Source of the DNA: Eledone cirrhosa
Lineage: Eukaryota
NCBI GenBank assembly: GCA_964016885.1
Contig: OZ024743.1
Span: 318,308,001 to 318,372,000 of the forward strand
Direction of reading: 5' to 3'
DNA: 64,000 nucleotides
The notes beneath the pieces are model-generated. The model ran no database searches, was not told the origin of the DNA, and saw only the letters and a program-made list of their open reading frames with translations. The position numbers and the translations under genes are program-made. Positions within the stretch are counted from its first letter, which is position 1. The number at the start of each line of letters is the position of its first letter. Positions 63,185-64,000 of the stretch are shown here, piece after piece.

Positions 63185-64000
63185 CATCATCATCATCATC
63201 ATCATCATCATCGTTTAACGTCCATGTTCCACGCTTGAGGCAAGAGTGGTTGTCTTGCTCGCATAGGACTGTCTGGTGGGTTTTCTACAGCTGGATGCCC
63301 TTCCTAACACCAACCACATTTACAGTGTGGGACTGGGAGGTTTTTACCGTGTTGCCTACACGGCCACATTACAGCGTGGACTGTGTGTTTTTTTTGTCGT
63401 GACACCTACACGATCTCATTTGTTTCGGCCTGGATGTTGTGGCACCAACATAATTTTACATTGAAAGGGGCAGTGTGGATGGGGTGGGGGTGTGTTTTGT
63501 TAGAGATGCCTACTGACTGTAGTAGGTTTTACTTTGTATTCAGGTAAGGCGGGTCTTTATTACTGAGTACCGCCAAAGATCTCGGTCCAGTGACATTGTC
63601 TTGGAGAGGTGTGTGTGAGGTCGGAATTTATCAGGTCGTCCCAGGTTTTTCTGGGTCTGCCTACTCCGTGGCTACCGTCTATCTTTATTGCCCAGCACTT
63701 TTTTATACAGCTGTCGTCTTTCATGTGCATCACGTGACCATACCAATGTAGCCTTCTCTCGACTAAACAACATCTGATCCCTCTTATTTCTAATTTTTCC
63801 CTTAGTTCGTTTATGCTTTGCCGTTCGCGTATATTACTATTACACATCCAGCGGAGCATGCAAGCTTTGTTCCTCTCTAGTCTGCGTATATCCTCTGCAC
63901 ACAATGCCCAGGTTTCACTGCCATGCAACATTGCTGTTCGTATGCAGGCATCATACAGCCTGCCTTTCATTTTTAGGGAGAACCCTTTAGCGGCTAATAG
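63185..64000 (-). mobile_element. 3' part of an RTE LINE (continues beyond the window)
   Basis: ORF 63560-63970 (GSETW, WYGHV, GRPRKTW), 3' UTR and (GAT)n tail. Confidence 0.92.

Overview
AT-rich, repeat-dense eukaryotic genomic DNA. The SINE and RTE content suggests a mollusc, probably Octopus (inference). Two spliced host genes can be rebuilt with consistent exon phases and face each other tail to tail: the 3' nine exons of a CCDC60-like gene (+, 12..16372) and a complete five-coding-exon MTERF3 gene (-, 28824..20985, 469 aa). The rest is nested mobile DNA: several RTE-clade LINEs whose RT carries an inserted PHD finger, a decayed RepHel Helitron with a nested RTE, two non-autonomous Helitrons, a Merlin (IS1016/ISXO2-like) transposase relic, piggyBac, mariner and hAT MITEs, and tRNA-derived SINEs. 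The right half (about 38-63 kb) is a local duplication that begins at a Merlin end and includes a promoter-like segment. Comparing the two copies gives the exact empty site of a Helitron that carries about 12 tandem mini-MITEs. Other notable structures are a perfect 71-bp palindrome, a ~940-bp foldback with a telomere-like core, and satellites built from arms of that foldback. I see no new protein-based system. The unusual signals are structural and transposon-derived.
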